From: an uncultured cyanobacterium
GTDB taxonomy: Bacteria; Cyanobacteriota; Cyanobacteriia; PCC-9006; JAAUQQ01
Length of the DNA: 64,000 nucleotides
Direction: 5' to 3'
Assembly (NCBI GenBank): GCA_963718615.1
Contig: OY970368.1
Coordinates: forward strand, 2,336,001-2,400,000
The first letter of the stretch is position 1, and every line of letters begins with the position of its first letter. The notes below the pieces were generated by a model. The model made no database searches and was not told the DNA's origin. It saw only the letters and a list, made by a program, of their open reading frames with translations. A program made the position numbers and the translations under genes. Below are positions 39,908 through 49,535 of this stretch, in pieces.

Positions 39908-42900
39908 ATGTCGAACCACCCCCCTGGACATTACAACCGATCGACAACGCCGAGACTGCAATCCCAGGAGCCTGCGATCGCCTCTGCTTCAGACCGGGAA
40001 AGCAGCGTCCACGAAACCTTTTGGAGCGAACGTCTGGCAACCCTTCAGCCCATGGTATTTCCCTATGAGACCGGGTGCACCGATGTTCCGTCTTTCTCCC
40101 CAGCCCCCCTGGCAACCCTGTCCCTGCCCCTGAGCGACGCGGTGCAGCAGTTTTTGCAACGGCCACCCCATGCGGAAACTAGGATGCTCGCTGCCTATAC
40201 GGCCTATTTGGCTCGATTGAACCGAGAAACGGTGTTTGATCTGGGGTGGTTAGAGGCGGGCCAGATTTATCCGTTCCGCGTTGCCTTTGACTTGGAGCAA
40301 CCCTTTACGGTCTGGTGGCGAGAGGTTTGGATAGAGCTCCAGCGCCTCCGCACCCATCAGCGGGTGCGATCGCCCTTCCCGCAGTCCAACCCTTTCCCCC
40401 TCCAAATCGGCTGGGACTTCGATTCCATGGCTTCTTCTCCCATGGCTTCAGCGGCGGGACTGACGCTGTTAATGGCGGAACAAAGCTGGACCTACCGCTG
40501 GACCTATCCTCCCCAGGTCTTTTCCCCGGAAGCGGTGGAGCGGTTGCGGAGCGATTTTTTGCTCTTTCTAGACCACCTCGCAATCCAGCCCGATCGCCCC
40601 CTCAGCCAGATCCCCCTCCTCAGCGAAGCCCAAGCCCAAATCATCTTGCAGGATTGGAATGCGTCACCGAGTCCTGCCGGGGGCGATCGCTGCATTCAGG
40701 CTTTATTTGAAGAACAGGTTGAGCGAACACCGGAGGCGATCGCCCTCGTCTACGAGCAAGTCCAGATCAGCTATCGTCAGCTCAATGCCAGGGCCAATCA
40801 ACTGGCCCATCATCTCCTGGGTTTAGGGGTAGAGCCAGACCAATTTGTGGGGCTCTGTGTGGAGCGGTCTCCAGAGCTGATCATTGGCCTCCTCGGGATT
40901 CTCAAGGCTGGGGCAGCCTATTTGCCACTTGATCCGGGCTATCCCGCCGAGCGGCTGGCACTCATGATCGAAGACGCTCAGCCCCAGGTCATCGTCACCC
41001 AAGGCGCTGTGCAGGACCGTCTCCCCCAGGGCAAGGCTCAGTTGGTCAATCTCGCCGATCCTGATCCTCTCCCCCAGACGTCTTCAGACAACCCAACGGC
41101 CCCCGTTCAGCCTTGGCACTTGGCCTACATCATCTATACCTCCGGCTCAACGGGAAAACCCAAGGGTGTGATGATCGAGCACCGAGCCCTAGTGAACTTT
41201 GTGCAAGCTGCCCGTGAGCAATACGGGATTGGAGCCACGGACCGGGTGTTGCAGTTTGCCTCGGTAAGTTTTGACGCCGCAGCGGAGGAAATTTATCCCT
41301 GTCTGACGGTAGGGGGACGGCTGGTGTTGCGATCGCCCCACTGGATGGGATCCATACCCCAATTTTTACAACGCTGTCAGGACCAAAAAATCACAGTCCT
41401 GGATTTGCCTACGGCCTACTGGCATCTGATGGTGGCTGAGCTCAAGGCCGATCCAGGACTATGCCTGCCCCGTTCGTTGCGGCGGGTGATTATTGGCGGC
41501 GAGGCCGTGGATCCGGAGCGGGTTGTCCAGTGGCAGGACATTTTGCGCCGCACCCAGGTCACGGCGGACCTAGTCAATACCTATGGCCCAACGGAAGCAA
41601 CGGTGGTGGCGACCGCCTCTCACTTGCCTGCTCCCAGGGGCCAATCTTCCCGGAACGCTGCATCGGTAGAATCCCCAGGCCAGGGTACACCCCGAATGAC
41701 AATCGGTCGCCCGCTTCCAGGGGTCCGGGTTTATGTGCTGGACGATCGCCAACAGCCCGTCCCCTTGGGACTTGCCGGTGAGCTTTGTATTGGAGGAGGG
41801 GCGATCGCCCGAGGCTATCTCAACCGACCGGAGCTCACGGCCCAACGCTTTTTGCCCGATCCCTTTTTACCCGCTCCCTTTCTTCAATCCGCAACCTCTG
41901 GGGTAGACAATACAACCGCCCGACTGTATCGCACGGGGGATTTGGTTCGATATTTGCCCCATGGAGAGATCGATTTTCTGGGTCGAGTCGATAGCCAAGT
42001 CAAGTTACGGGGGTTTCGGATCGAGTTAGGCGGCATTGAAGCAAGGCTCAGCCAGGATGAAAGGGTGCAAGCGAGCATTGTCATTTTGCGGGAAGATCCC
42101 CCCAGGGAGCCCCAACTGGTCGCCTATGTTGTTCCCCATCCGACTCGGGCAGACGCTGGGGAATTTTCAACCCAGGCCCTACGGCAGCGTCTTCAGGCAA
42201 CGCTACCCGATTACATGGTGCCAGCGGCGATCGTCTGTTTGCCAGCGCTGCCCCTAACGCCCAATAACAAAATCGATCGGCGGGCTTTACCGGCTCCCAG
42301 CTTGGCGGATTTTCAGGCCGATGAAGACGAATTTATCCCGCCGTTGGGTGAGCTAGAAATCCAGCTCGCGGAGCTCTGGCAGTCCATCCTGGGATTACCC
42401 CAAGTTGGAGCCACGGATCACTTTTTTCAGCTCGGGGGAAATTCCCTTTTGGCGATCAAGCTCTTTGTCCAGATCGAACGGCGCTTGGGTCAGAGTTTGC
42501 AGCTTTCTGCGCTGCTCCAGGCTCCAACCCCCCGCAAGCTGGCCCAGCGCTTGAGCCAGACGGCGGGAGCCGAAGCCTCTGCGCCCGTGAAATCTGAGTT
42601 CACAACCGTGGTGCCCTTCCACCCCAAAGGCTCCCAGCCCCCTCTCTTTTTTATCAACTCCATCAGCTATGCCCGACGGCTTTCGTCACAGTTGGGAGAG
42701 GAGCAACCATTTTACTGTCTCAATCTGTTTGGAATCACGGATCTTTTGAGCAGCCATTTAACGGAGCTTTCCCTGGCAAACATTGCACAACGGTTCGTGC
42801 AGGATATCCAACGGGTCAATCCAACGGGTCCCTACTGGCTCTGTTCCTATTGCGGGGATACAAAATTAGCGATTGAAATCGGACATCAGCTCCAGGCCAA

Positions 42901-43369
42901 TCCTTTCACCCCAGTGGTGCAAATCTTAATTGACCCCCTCTGGGATGAACCGATAGGGTCTCAACCTTGGGTGCAGAATTTGCAGCGGTTTGGTTTAGAT
43001 TATGGCGTTCAAAAACTGCAAAACCGCATCCGCATCGTTCGAGAACAGGTCAACTATCGATCACGCCAACTGGCAGGACGTTGGCTCAACTCAGAGCGAG
43101 GGGCTCAGCTCCAAAAGGATTTGGACCTTTATGACCAGTTTCGGGCACTGTGCGATCGCCACCAACCCCAACCCTACGCAGGTCCGGTCACCGTCATCTC
43201 CTGCCAAGAACTCGCCTCTTGGGATACTCCCCGTTTGCGAGCGACGTTCCCCCAGGGGTTTAACTTGCGCATTGTGCCGGGGTACCACCACAATCTCTTT
43301 GTCGAGCCCCAGCTCCAGCAGTTGGTCAGGGAGATGCAGTTAGTCCTAGCCCCAGCCGCGAAAGTTTAG
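39908..43369 (+). CDS. Stand-alone single-module NRPS (partial C - A - PCP - TE)
   Basis: A-domain cores YTSGSTGKPKG, FDA, NTYGPTE, GELCIGG, YRTGDL, KLRGFRIELG, NNKIDR; PCP FFQLGGNSL; TE-like C-terminus. Confidence 0.92.
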   Translation: MSNHPPGHYNRSTTPRLQSQEPAIASASDRESSVHETFWSERLATLQPMVFPYETGCTDVPSFSPAPLATLSLPLSDAVQQFLQRPPHAETRMLAAYTAYLARLNRETVFDLGWLEAGQIYPFRVAFDLEQPFTVWWREVWIELQRLRTHQRVRSPFPQSNPFPLQIGWDFDSMASSPMASAAGLTLLMAEQSWTYRWTYPPQVFSPEAVERLRSDFLLFLDHLAIQPDRPLSQIPLLSEAQAQIILQDWNASPSPAGGDRCIQALFEEQVERTPEAIALVYEQVQISYRQLNARANQLAHHLLGLGVEPDQFVGLCVERSPELIIGLLGILKAGAAYLPLDPGYPAERLALMIEDAQPQVIVTQGAVQDRLPQGKAQLVNLADPDPLPQTSSDNPTAPVQPWHLAYIIYTSGSTGKPKGVMIEHRALVNFVQAAREQYGIGATDRVLQFASVSFDAAAEEIYPCLTVGGRLVLRSPHWMGSIPQFLQRCQDQKITVLDLPTAYWHLMVAELKADPGLCLPRSLRRVIIGGEAVDPERVVQWQDILRRTQVTADLVNTYGPTEATVVATASHLPAPRGQSSRNAASVESPGQGTPRMTIGRPLPGVRVYVLDDRQQPVPLGLAGELCIGGGAIARGYLNRPELTAQRFLPDPFLPAPFLQSATSGVDNTTARLYRTGDLVRYLPHGEIDFLGRVDSQVKLRGFRIELGGIEARLSQDERVQASIVILREDPPREPQLVAYVVPHPTRADAGEFSTQALRQRLQATLPDYMVPAAIVCLPALPLTPNNKIDRRALPAPSLADFQADEDEFIPPLGELEIQLAELWQSILGLPQVGATDHFFQLGGNSLLAIKLFVQIERRLGQSLQLSALLQAPTPRKLAQRLSQTAGAEASAPVKSEFTTVVPFHPKGSQPPLFFINSISYARRLSSQLGEEQPFYCLNLFGITDLLSSHLTELSLANIAQRFVQDIQRVNPTGPYWLCSYCGDTKLAIEIGHQLQANPFTPVVQILIDPLWDEPIGSQPWVQNLQRFGLDYGVQKLQNRIRIVREQVNYRSRQLAGRWLNSERGAQLQKDLDLYDQFRALCDRHQPQPYAGPVTVISCQELASWDTPRLRATFPQGFNLRIVPGYHHNLFVEPQLQQLVREMQLVLAPAAKV

Positions 43370-43458
43370 GATTCGACCTAGACTTAAGCCCAGGTTCCAA
43401 TACCGTTTCCTTAAGATTCCCCGGAATCAACCCAACAGCCGGAGAAAATAGAGGACAA

Positions 43459-43500
43459 AGGGGGCTCAATCCATGAACTTTCAGGGTTCCGAGCCCCCCT
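43459..43500. other. Extended hairpin between the NRPS and the amidase gene
   Basis: AGGGGGCTC...GAGCCCCCCT outer stem with an imperfect inner stem. Confidence 0.5.
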
Positions 43501-43581
43501 GCCAATCGTTTGCAAAGCCGATTGAGTAGTGTAGAGTAGCCTACGTTAAACTCTGGCCGCGTATTTATTATTACTTAGTCC

Positions 43582-44937
43582 ATGGGACGCATTTTCTTGT
43601 CAGCAGGTCACGGGGGCTTTGAGCAACCCGGCACCATTGATCCAGGGGCCATCGTGGCCGGAACCACCGAAGCGCAGGAAATGATTTTGCTGCGGGATTT
43701 GATTGTGCTGGAGTTGCGATCGCGCAATGCCGAAGTCCTCTCCGTTCCCGACGACCTTAGCGAAACCCAGACCCTGGGGTGGATTAACGCGCGAGCGCGG
43801 CCCGGAGATGTGGCCTTTGAAATCCATACCGGGGCCTTTAGCAATCCCAACGTGCGCGGAGCCACCTGTTTTCACATCACCAACAATGATGAACGGCAGC
43901 GTCATGCGGAGTTTATGCTTGCGGCGCTGCTGCGGCGGGTACCGCAACTGCCTAAGCTTGGAGCCAAGCCAGATACCGCAACCGGTTTAGGTCGATTGGC
44001 GTTTTGTCGGGATGTGATTCCAGCCTCTTTGCTGATGGAAGTGGCCTACCTGACCAATCCGGACGATCGCAGTTTGCTGCAAGGGCGGCGGCGAGACTTT
44101 GCGGTTGGCCTTGCGGAAGGCTTGGTGGCCTGGAGTCGGGCGGTAACCAGCGGTACGCCCCTAGAGCAGCCGGTGGAATATCCTTCAATCAATATTCGGC
44201 TCAATGGCCAGGTCTATGGCGAGCGGGGCATTTTGGTCAGCAACAATGCTTACATTCCCGTAGACCTGGTGGATAGCCTCAAAGCCAATATTGCCAGCAT
44301 TCCCCAGGCGCGCCGAATTAACTATCGCGGCATTGTTTATATCAAAGCGGTGGAACTGCGGGACTTCAACGTCTCCGTCGGCTGGGACAAGAATACTCGA
44401 ACGGTGATTCTCCAATCCATTTTAAGAATTTGCCAGGGCAGTCTGGACAAAATTATGGGTCACGGTAATACCTCTGAGGTCCAGCTCATGGTATTCCTCA
44501 AGAACCAGAATCCGGATGGTCTGACCCTTTTCCCCGACCTGCCCAGACTGTATCGCGAAGAGGGCATGGTAGAAGGCATCAACTATGACATTGCTTTTTG
44601 CCAAATGTGTCTGGAGACTAACTATCTGCGGTTCGGCGGTACGCTTAAAGCCACACAGAATAACTTTGGAGCCCTGGGCGATGTGGGTGGGGGAGCCGAA
44701 GGAGCCGTCTTTCCCAATGCTCGCATTGGCGTGCGGGCGCAGGTTCAACATCTCAAAGCCTATGCCAGCACAGAGCCTGTGGTCCAAGAGATTGTTGATC
44801 CCCGCTTCCGGTTCGTGACCCGAGGGATTGCGCCACTGCTCAGCCAGTTGGGCGGACGCTGGGAGGCAGATTTGCAGTATGGCGATCGCATCCTCGCGAT
44901 CGTTCGTCAGCTCTACGAGGCATCGGGTCTGCTGTAG
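43582..44937 (+). CDS. tftA: Amidase_3 + glucosaminidase cell-wall hydrolase (TftA-like)
   Basis: FLSAGHGG, TEA, EIH, LMEV zinc/catalytic residues; C-terminal FCQMCLETNYL, QNNFGALG, QHLKAYAS, DPRF. Symbol assigned from recalled similarity. Confidence 0.75.
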   Translation: MGRIFLSAGHGGFEQPGTIDPGAIVAGTTEAQEMILLRDLIVLELRSRNAEVLSVPDDLSETQTLGWINARARPGDVAFEIHTGAFSNPNVRGATCFHITNNDERQRHAEFMLAALLRRVPQLPKLGAKPDTATGLGRLAFCRDVIPASLLMEVAYLTNPDDRSLLQGRRRDFAVGLAEGLVAWSRAVTSGTPLEQPVEYPSINIRLNGQVYGERGILVSNNAYIPVDLVDSLKANIASIPQARRINYRGIVYIKAVELRDFNVSVGWDKNTRTVILQSILRICQGSLDKIMGHGNTSEVQLMVFLKNQNPDGLTLFPDLPRLYREEGMVEGINYDIAFCQMCLETNYLRFGGTLKATQNNFGALGDVGGGAEGAVFPNARIGVRAQVQHLKAYASTEPVVQEIVDPRFRFVTRGIAPLLSQLGGRWEADLQYGDRILAIVRQLYEASGLL

Positions 44938-44960
44938 CTGGGATTGCTGTAGCGGTTAGC

Positions 44961-44993
44961 AAGGGACAGGTGATGACCTGTCCCTTTATTATT
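44961..44993 (+). terminator. Terminator hairpin after the amidase gene
   Basis: AAGGGACAGGT-GATG-ACCTGTCCCTT followed by TATTATT. Confidence 0.7.
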
Positions 44994-45045
44994 GCAACAT
45001 TCTTTTTGCGACCCACACCCTGCAACCAACCTGAAGCCAATAGAC

Positions 45046-45585
45046 TTAAGCCAACAAAACTTGGCGCAGATGACGCATATTCATCGGCAAATCTAGCTTC
45101 ATGGCTTGCTCAATAAAGAACGAGGGCGCTGGGATTTTGGAGGTGGCTTGAACGCTATAGCGCAACTGGGTGCCCTCATGGAAATCCTGTAGCTGAATTT
45201 CCGCTGAAAAATCATGGAAGCTACCGCTATGACCCACCATCTCAAAAATTGCAGTTCGTCCCGGCAATTCCTTGACGGAAAGCTGAATCTCAACCTCGAT
45301 GCTGAGCATCAGAAAAGTCTTCCGGGCGGCCTGAAAAAGCTGTTTATGGTTGGGAGAAAATTCAGCAGTGACTTCGCTCTGGACAATGTCTGGGAAAAAC
45401 TGAGTCCAATTGGGGTAATGGGTTAGGGCTTGCCAGAGTCGCGATCGCTCCATCGGCACATACATGGTTGCCGCTACAGAACCGCCGTGGGGGCGATAGG
45501 AATAGGTCTTCGTTAAAATTTCCCCTTGGATTAATGCTGCTTGTTCAGGGGAATCGACACAAGTTTTGAGCGGGGTTGCAACCAT
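45046..45585 (-). CDS. SRPBCC/START-fold cyclase-dehydrase family protein
   Basis: LWQALTHYPNWTQFFPDI..SEV, GSFHDFSA, YSVQA, DLPMNM. Confidence 0.85.
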   Translation of the reverse strand: MVATPLKTCVDSPEQAALIQGEILTKTYSYRPHGGSVAATMYVPMERSRLWQALTHYPNWTQFFPDIVQSEVTAEFSPNHKQLFQAARKTFLMLSIEVEIQLSVKELPGRTAIFEMVGHSGSFHDFSAEIQLQDFHEGTQLRYSVQATSKIPAPSFFIEQAMKLDLPMNMRHLRQVLLA

Positions 45586-45876
45586 GGATATCCTCGTAAG
45601 CCACAAAGTAAGCCACTAAGGCGAGAACTGCCTACACACCCATACTTCCTCTGCTGAAGTAAGACAGAATCCGTATAGATTCAAGAAGACTTTATCGGTC
45701 GTTGATAAAGGGACGTAATTTTCTGAAGTTCGGCACCGTTGTAGCAAAAAAATTTGCAAAAGATCAACGGTAATTTCTATGAGTAGGGGATAGTTTATAA
45801 CTCAATTATGGTGGGAACTGTCGTGGGAATTGTTGTGAGAGTCAGTAAGAGTCGGTGTGAGATCTTCTAGCGCACC

Positions 45877-47547
45877 CTAATGAAGACTACATCTTGCTTG
45901 ATTGCTAATCCAGTCGACAACAAAAGTTAGGAGCAAGAATGTGCCTAATGTTACGCCTAAACCGGCTGTATCAAAACTACTAACCTGTTCCATCATCAAA
46001 TAGCCTAATCCTCCGGCTCCAACCAAACCCACAATGACGGTTTCTCGCATACAAACTTCCCAACGATAAAGATCGTAGGCCAGAAAACGCGGTAGGGTCA
46101 TTGGCAAAATACCATAGAAGAAAATCAAAATCGTTGGGATTCCCTGGTTTTGTAGACTTTTGAGCGGGGCGGTTTCCAGATTTTCAATCACTTCTGCTTG
46201 GAGTCGGCCCAAAATGCCGAGATTGTGAAGTCCAAGGGCGATCGCCCCCGGCAAAATCCCCGGAAACCAAACATAGAGCAACACTAAGGCCCAAACGGGA
46301 GCTGGAATGGCACGGGTAAGGAGCAAAAGCCCTCGACTGACCATCTGAATCACCCAGGACCGAACCAGCGAGCGGGCCGCCAAAAAGGCCAGGACAGTTC
46401 CGCCTGAAGCGGCGAGGGCGATCGCCAACACGGACATGGCTACAGTCTGGGCGGCTAGCAACGGCAGTTGCCCCAAAAAAGAGAGGTCCGGGGGAAACGC
46501 ATCCGCTAGGAGAAGCTGGAGACGCTGGTGGGATTGGGGATCAGTCAGCTTGGTGAGGTTGGGCTGGAGAGCGTGAAAGCAAAGGGCAAACGCAAACAAA
46601 ACCCCCACCCCCAAAACCATCGGCGTAGGGACGAATGGCTGTTTGTCCGTTGCCTGGGGCCGCTGTTCGTCGGTTCCCTGAGCCATTGTTCGGCCCATAG
46701 TGGTTTTAGAACCCTGGTTCAGGTCCAAGCGGCTGGTGCAGCCAAGCTGATGGCGCAGGGAGGCGGAGAACCCATCCACGAGACCATTGAGTGCCACCAG
46801 AGCATAAAAAAACGTCCACAGCTGTTCGTAGCGCAGGGACTGAAGGCTGACCTGGATTTCCGTGCCCAGGCCACCCACGCCAATCATGCCCAGGACAGCA
46901 GCGGAGCGCAGGGAGCATTCAAACCGATAAAGGGCGTAGGAGACCAAATTCAAAAACGCCTGGGGCAGGAGGCTGTAGAAAAATGCGCTGAGGGGGGGAG
47001 CGCCGCTGCTCAGGAGTGCCTGCCAAATGTCGCGGGGGGTGTCGTCGAGAATTTCGGAAAAAATTTTTGCGGTGACGGCTCCGAAGGGGAGGGCGATCGC
47101 CACAATTCCCGTCAACGGATCCGTGCCCCACACATTGATCAAAATCAGCCCCCAAATCAGCTCATGAATCGCACGGGGAACCGCCAGCAGCGCTCGTAGG
47201 CTAAACCAAAACCCTAGCCAGCTCGGTTGTTGCTGAATCGTCCGGGGCAACACCGCCTGCCACCACACCTGGGAACAGAGCAATCCGCCCATCGCCCCCA
47301 GGATCACGCTCAGAACGCTGCCACAAAGGGCATAGGCCAGGGTCGTAAGGGTCGCCGTTGCCGTGGTTTGGAGCAGTGTCAGGCTCAGGTCGGGATGAAC
47401 GCTGGCCTGGAGAAACCGCCACAACTGGGGCCAGCCACCGGGGTTGAGCAGCTCGGTCCGAAATAGACCGGTGGGGATCAAGGCGAGGGCGATCGCCCCC
47501 AGGGCTAGCAGTGCCCAATTCAGCACCGGGGAGCGGGCGATCGGCAT
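45877..47547 (-). CDS. PhnE/PtxC-type ABC permease with two permease domains
   Basis: Two repeats: PRAIHELIW...YRFECSLRSAAVLGMIGVGGLG and TRAIPAPVW...YRWEVCMRETVIVGLVGAGGLG. Confidence 0.88.
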   Translation of the reverse strand: MPIARSPVLNWALLALGAIALALIPTGLFRTELLNPGGWPQLWRFLQASVHPDLSLTLLQTTATATLTTLAYALCGSVLSVILGAMGGLLCSQVWWQAVLPRTIQQQPSWLGFWFSLRALLAVPRAIHELIWGLILINVWGTDPLTGIVAIALPFGAVTAKIFSEILDDTPRDIWQALLSSGAPPLSAFFYSLLPQAFLNLVSYALYRFECSLRSAAVLGMIGVGGLGTEIQVSLQSLRYEQLWTFFYALVALNGLVDGFSASLRHQLGCTSRLDLNQGSKTTMGRTMAQGTDEQRPQATDKQPFVPTPMVLGVGVLFAFALCFHALQPNLTKLTDPQSHQRLQLLLADAFPPDLSFLGQLPLLAAQTVAMSVLAIALAASGGTVLAFLAARSLVRSWVIQMVSRGLLLLTRAIPAPVWALVLLYVWFPGILPGAIALGLHNLGILGRLQAEVIENLETAPLKSLQNQGIPTILIFFYGILPMTLPRFLAYDLYRWEVCMRETVIVGLVGAGGLGYLMMEQVSSFDTAGLGVTLGTFLLLTFVVDWISNQARCSLH

Positions 47548-47628
47548 GGCAGACTCGAAAACTTCAGCAAACCGATGGTAGCAGCGTAAAGTTTTTGAGC
47601 AGAACATTGTGCAGAGGACGGAGAACCC

Positions 47629-49461
47629 ATGGGGCGATCGCGCTGGAGTCAATCCTGGAGTCAGTCAGGAACCGGGTTGCTGTTGTGGATGGGGGTAGGC
47701 ACGCTATTGCGATTTGTGTTTTTGGGATCGCTGCCTCCCTGGACCGATGAATGCGCCACAGTGGTGTTTGGGTTGGGCAACAGTTTTTCGACGGTGCCGC
47801 TCGACCAACTGATTTCCAGTGATGCGCTGTTGGAACCGTTACGGCTGGATCCGACCCGGCATTTTGGCGATGTCATGGGACAGCTTCGGGCTGAAAGCAC
47901 CCATCCGCCGCTCTATTTCGGGCTGGCTCAGCTGTGGATGCAGACCTTTGGCCAATCCGGTGAACTGGTGTCGATGACGGTGGCGCGATCGCTCCCGGCA
48001 GTTCTCGGTATGTTGTCGATTCCGGTGGGGTTTGGGTTGAGTGCGATCGCCTTTCGCTCTCCCCTAGCGGCCCAATGGACCGCAGCCTTGCTGGCGGTTT
48101 CACCGCTCAATGTCTTCCTGGCCCGAGAAGCTCGGCACTATACCCTAGCGGTTCTGCTGATTACGGTTTCGCTCATCTGTTTTATTCGAGCCATCCAGCA
48201 CCTCCAGCAGCAGGAAAAAATTTCCCTGGGTTTAGCCCTGGGCTGGATCATTACCAATGGCCTAGGGATCGCCACTCACTTCTTTTTTGGCCTGAGTTTA
48301 ATGGCCCAGGCGATCGTCTTCGGGGTCTTGGCGCTACACCAGGGACAGAAAGATCTCCGCCGACTGTGGGCTCCAAGCTGGCGACGATTATACGGCGTCG
48401 CCCTCGCCACCGCTGCCACGGCCCTCGTCTGGCTCCCCCTCATCCAAGAGATGCAGGGTCATCCTGCCACCGCCTGGATCTACGAACTTGACCTAGGGCG
48501 ACGCTGGATTTTGCCGCCGGTTCAGCTTTTGCTCTGGCTCTTGAGTTTGCTGATCCAACTGCCCTCTGCTACTACCATTGGGCTACCGCTGTGGGGTTTG
48601 ATCGGGTCCGCTCTAGGATTGTTGGGGTTTCTGGGATGGTTGATCGCAACGCTGCGGCGGCCTCTGAGAAACTTGGTGCGGGGGCGATCGCCCGAAAAAA
48701 TTCCCACCCCACAAATCTCCGCCCAGGTCCTCGGCGGCTACGTCCTTGGCTGCCTCGGTCTCTTCTGGCTCCTGACCTCCGGCTTTGGCATGGACATGGC
48801 CCGTGCACCTCGATTTGGCTTTATTTATTTGGTGGGGGCGATCGCCTTTCTGGCCGCGCTCTTGACGGGTGATGCTACTGGCAGGCCGCAGGATGGAATT
48901 GGCACAGGGCAGGACGAACGGCGGTTCGTCCCTACGAGGGGTTGGGCTCGACTCCGCAATCTTCTCGTTCCTCCCTTTTCCCTCTTCATTCTATTGATCG
49001 CAGGGCTCTTGGGCTCCGTCACGGTTATCACCAATACGGGCTATTTGCAACATCACCGTGCGGATTTGATCACGCCGTTGATCATCGAAGCCCAGCAAGT
49101 CGAAGCCCAGGAACCGGGGCGATCGCCCCATGCCGTGATGATTGCCAGCACCCACCAACACCATGGCCACACCGGTCGCCTCATGGGCATTGCCTGGGAA
49201 ATGCGGCGCTTGGGGCAGCCGGATCCGCAGTTTTTCTTGGCCCATCGAGACGTGCCTGAGGAAGAGAACTATGGACGGGCGATCGCCCAATTCACCCAAC
49301 AGCTTCGCCAACAGCCTCGCCCCTTTGATCTCTGGCTGCTCAATTTCCATGCCTCCCTCGATACCGAGTCCCTAGGCTGCCAGCGCGATGAGCGTTACCG
49401 AGGCTACATCGGTGAATATCGCTACAAACGGTACCGTTGCGACCCAGGGGATCAGCCTTAG
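47629..49461 (+). CDS. GT-C family (GT39/PMT-like) membrane glycosyltransferase
   Basis: PWTDE, STHPPLYF, AREARHY, many TM helices. Confidence 0.85.
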   Translation: MGRSRWSQSWSQSGTGLLLWMGVGTLLRFVFLGSLPPWTDECATVVFGLGNSFSTVPLDQLISSDALLEPLRLDPTRHFGDVMGQLRAESTHPPLYFGLAQLWMQTFGQSGELVSMTVARSLPAVLGMLSIPVGFGLSAIAFRSPLAAQWTAALLAVSPLNVFLAREARHYTLAVLLITVSLICFIRAIQHLQQQEKISLGLALGWIITNGLGIATHFFFGLSLMAQAIVFGVLALHQGQKDLRRLWAPSWRRLYGVALATAATALVWLPLIQEMQGHPATAWIYELDLGRRWILPPVQLLLWLLSLLIQLPSATTIGLPLWGLIGSALGLLGFLGWLIATLRRPLRNLVRGRSPEKIPTPQISAQVLGGYVLGCLGLFWLLTSGFGMDMARAPRFGFIYLVGAIAFLAALLTGDATGRPQDGIGTGQDERRFVPTRGWARLRNLLVPPFSLFILLIAGLLGSVTVITNTGYLQHHRADLITPLIIEAQQVEAQEPGRSPHAVMIASTHQHHGHTGRLMGIAWEMRRLGQPDPQFFLAHRDVPEEENYGRAIAQFTQQLRQQPRPFDLWLLNFHASLDTESLGCQRDERYRGYIGEYRYKRYRCDPGDQP

Positions 49462-49535
49462 TCTTGCGTTTACCTTTTGGTTGGAGAATAGATGGCGATG
49501 AGTCATGGACATCGCCTTGCGCGGTCTAAATTCCT

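Noticed and set aside
39908-43369. MysE-type mycosporine NRPS
   Set aside because: No mysABC genes are nearby and the pocket code does not look Ser/Gly-specific.
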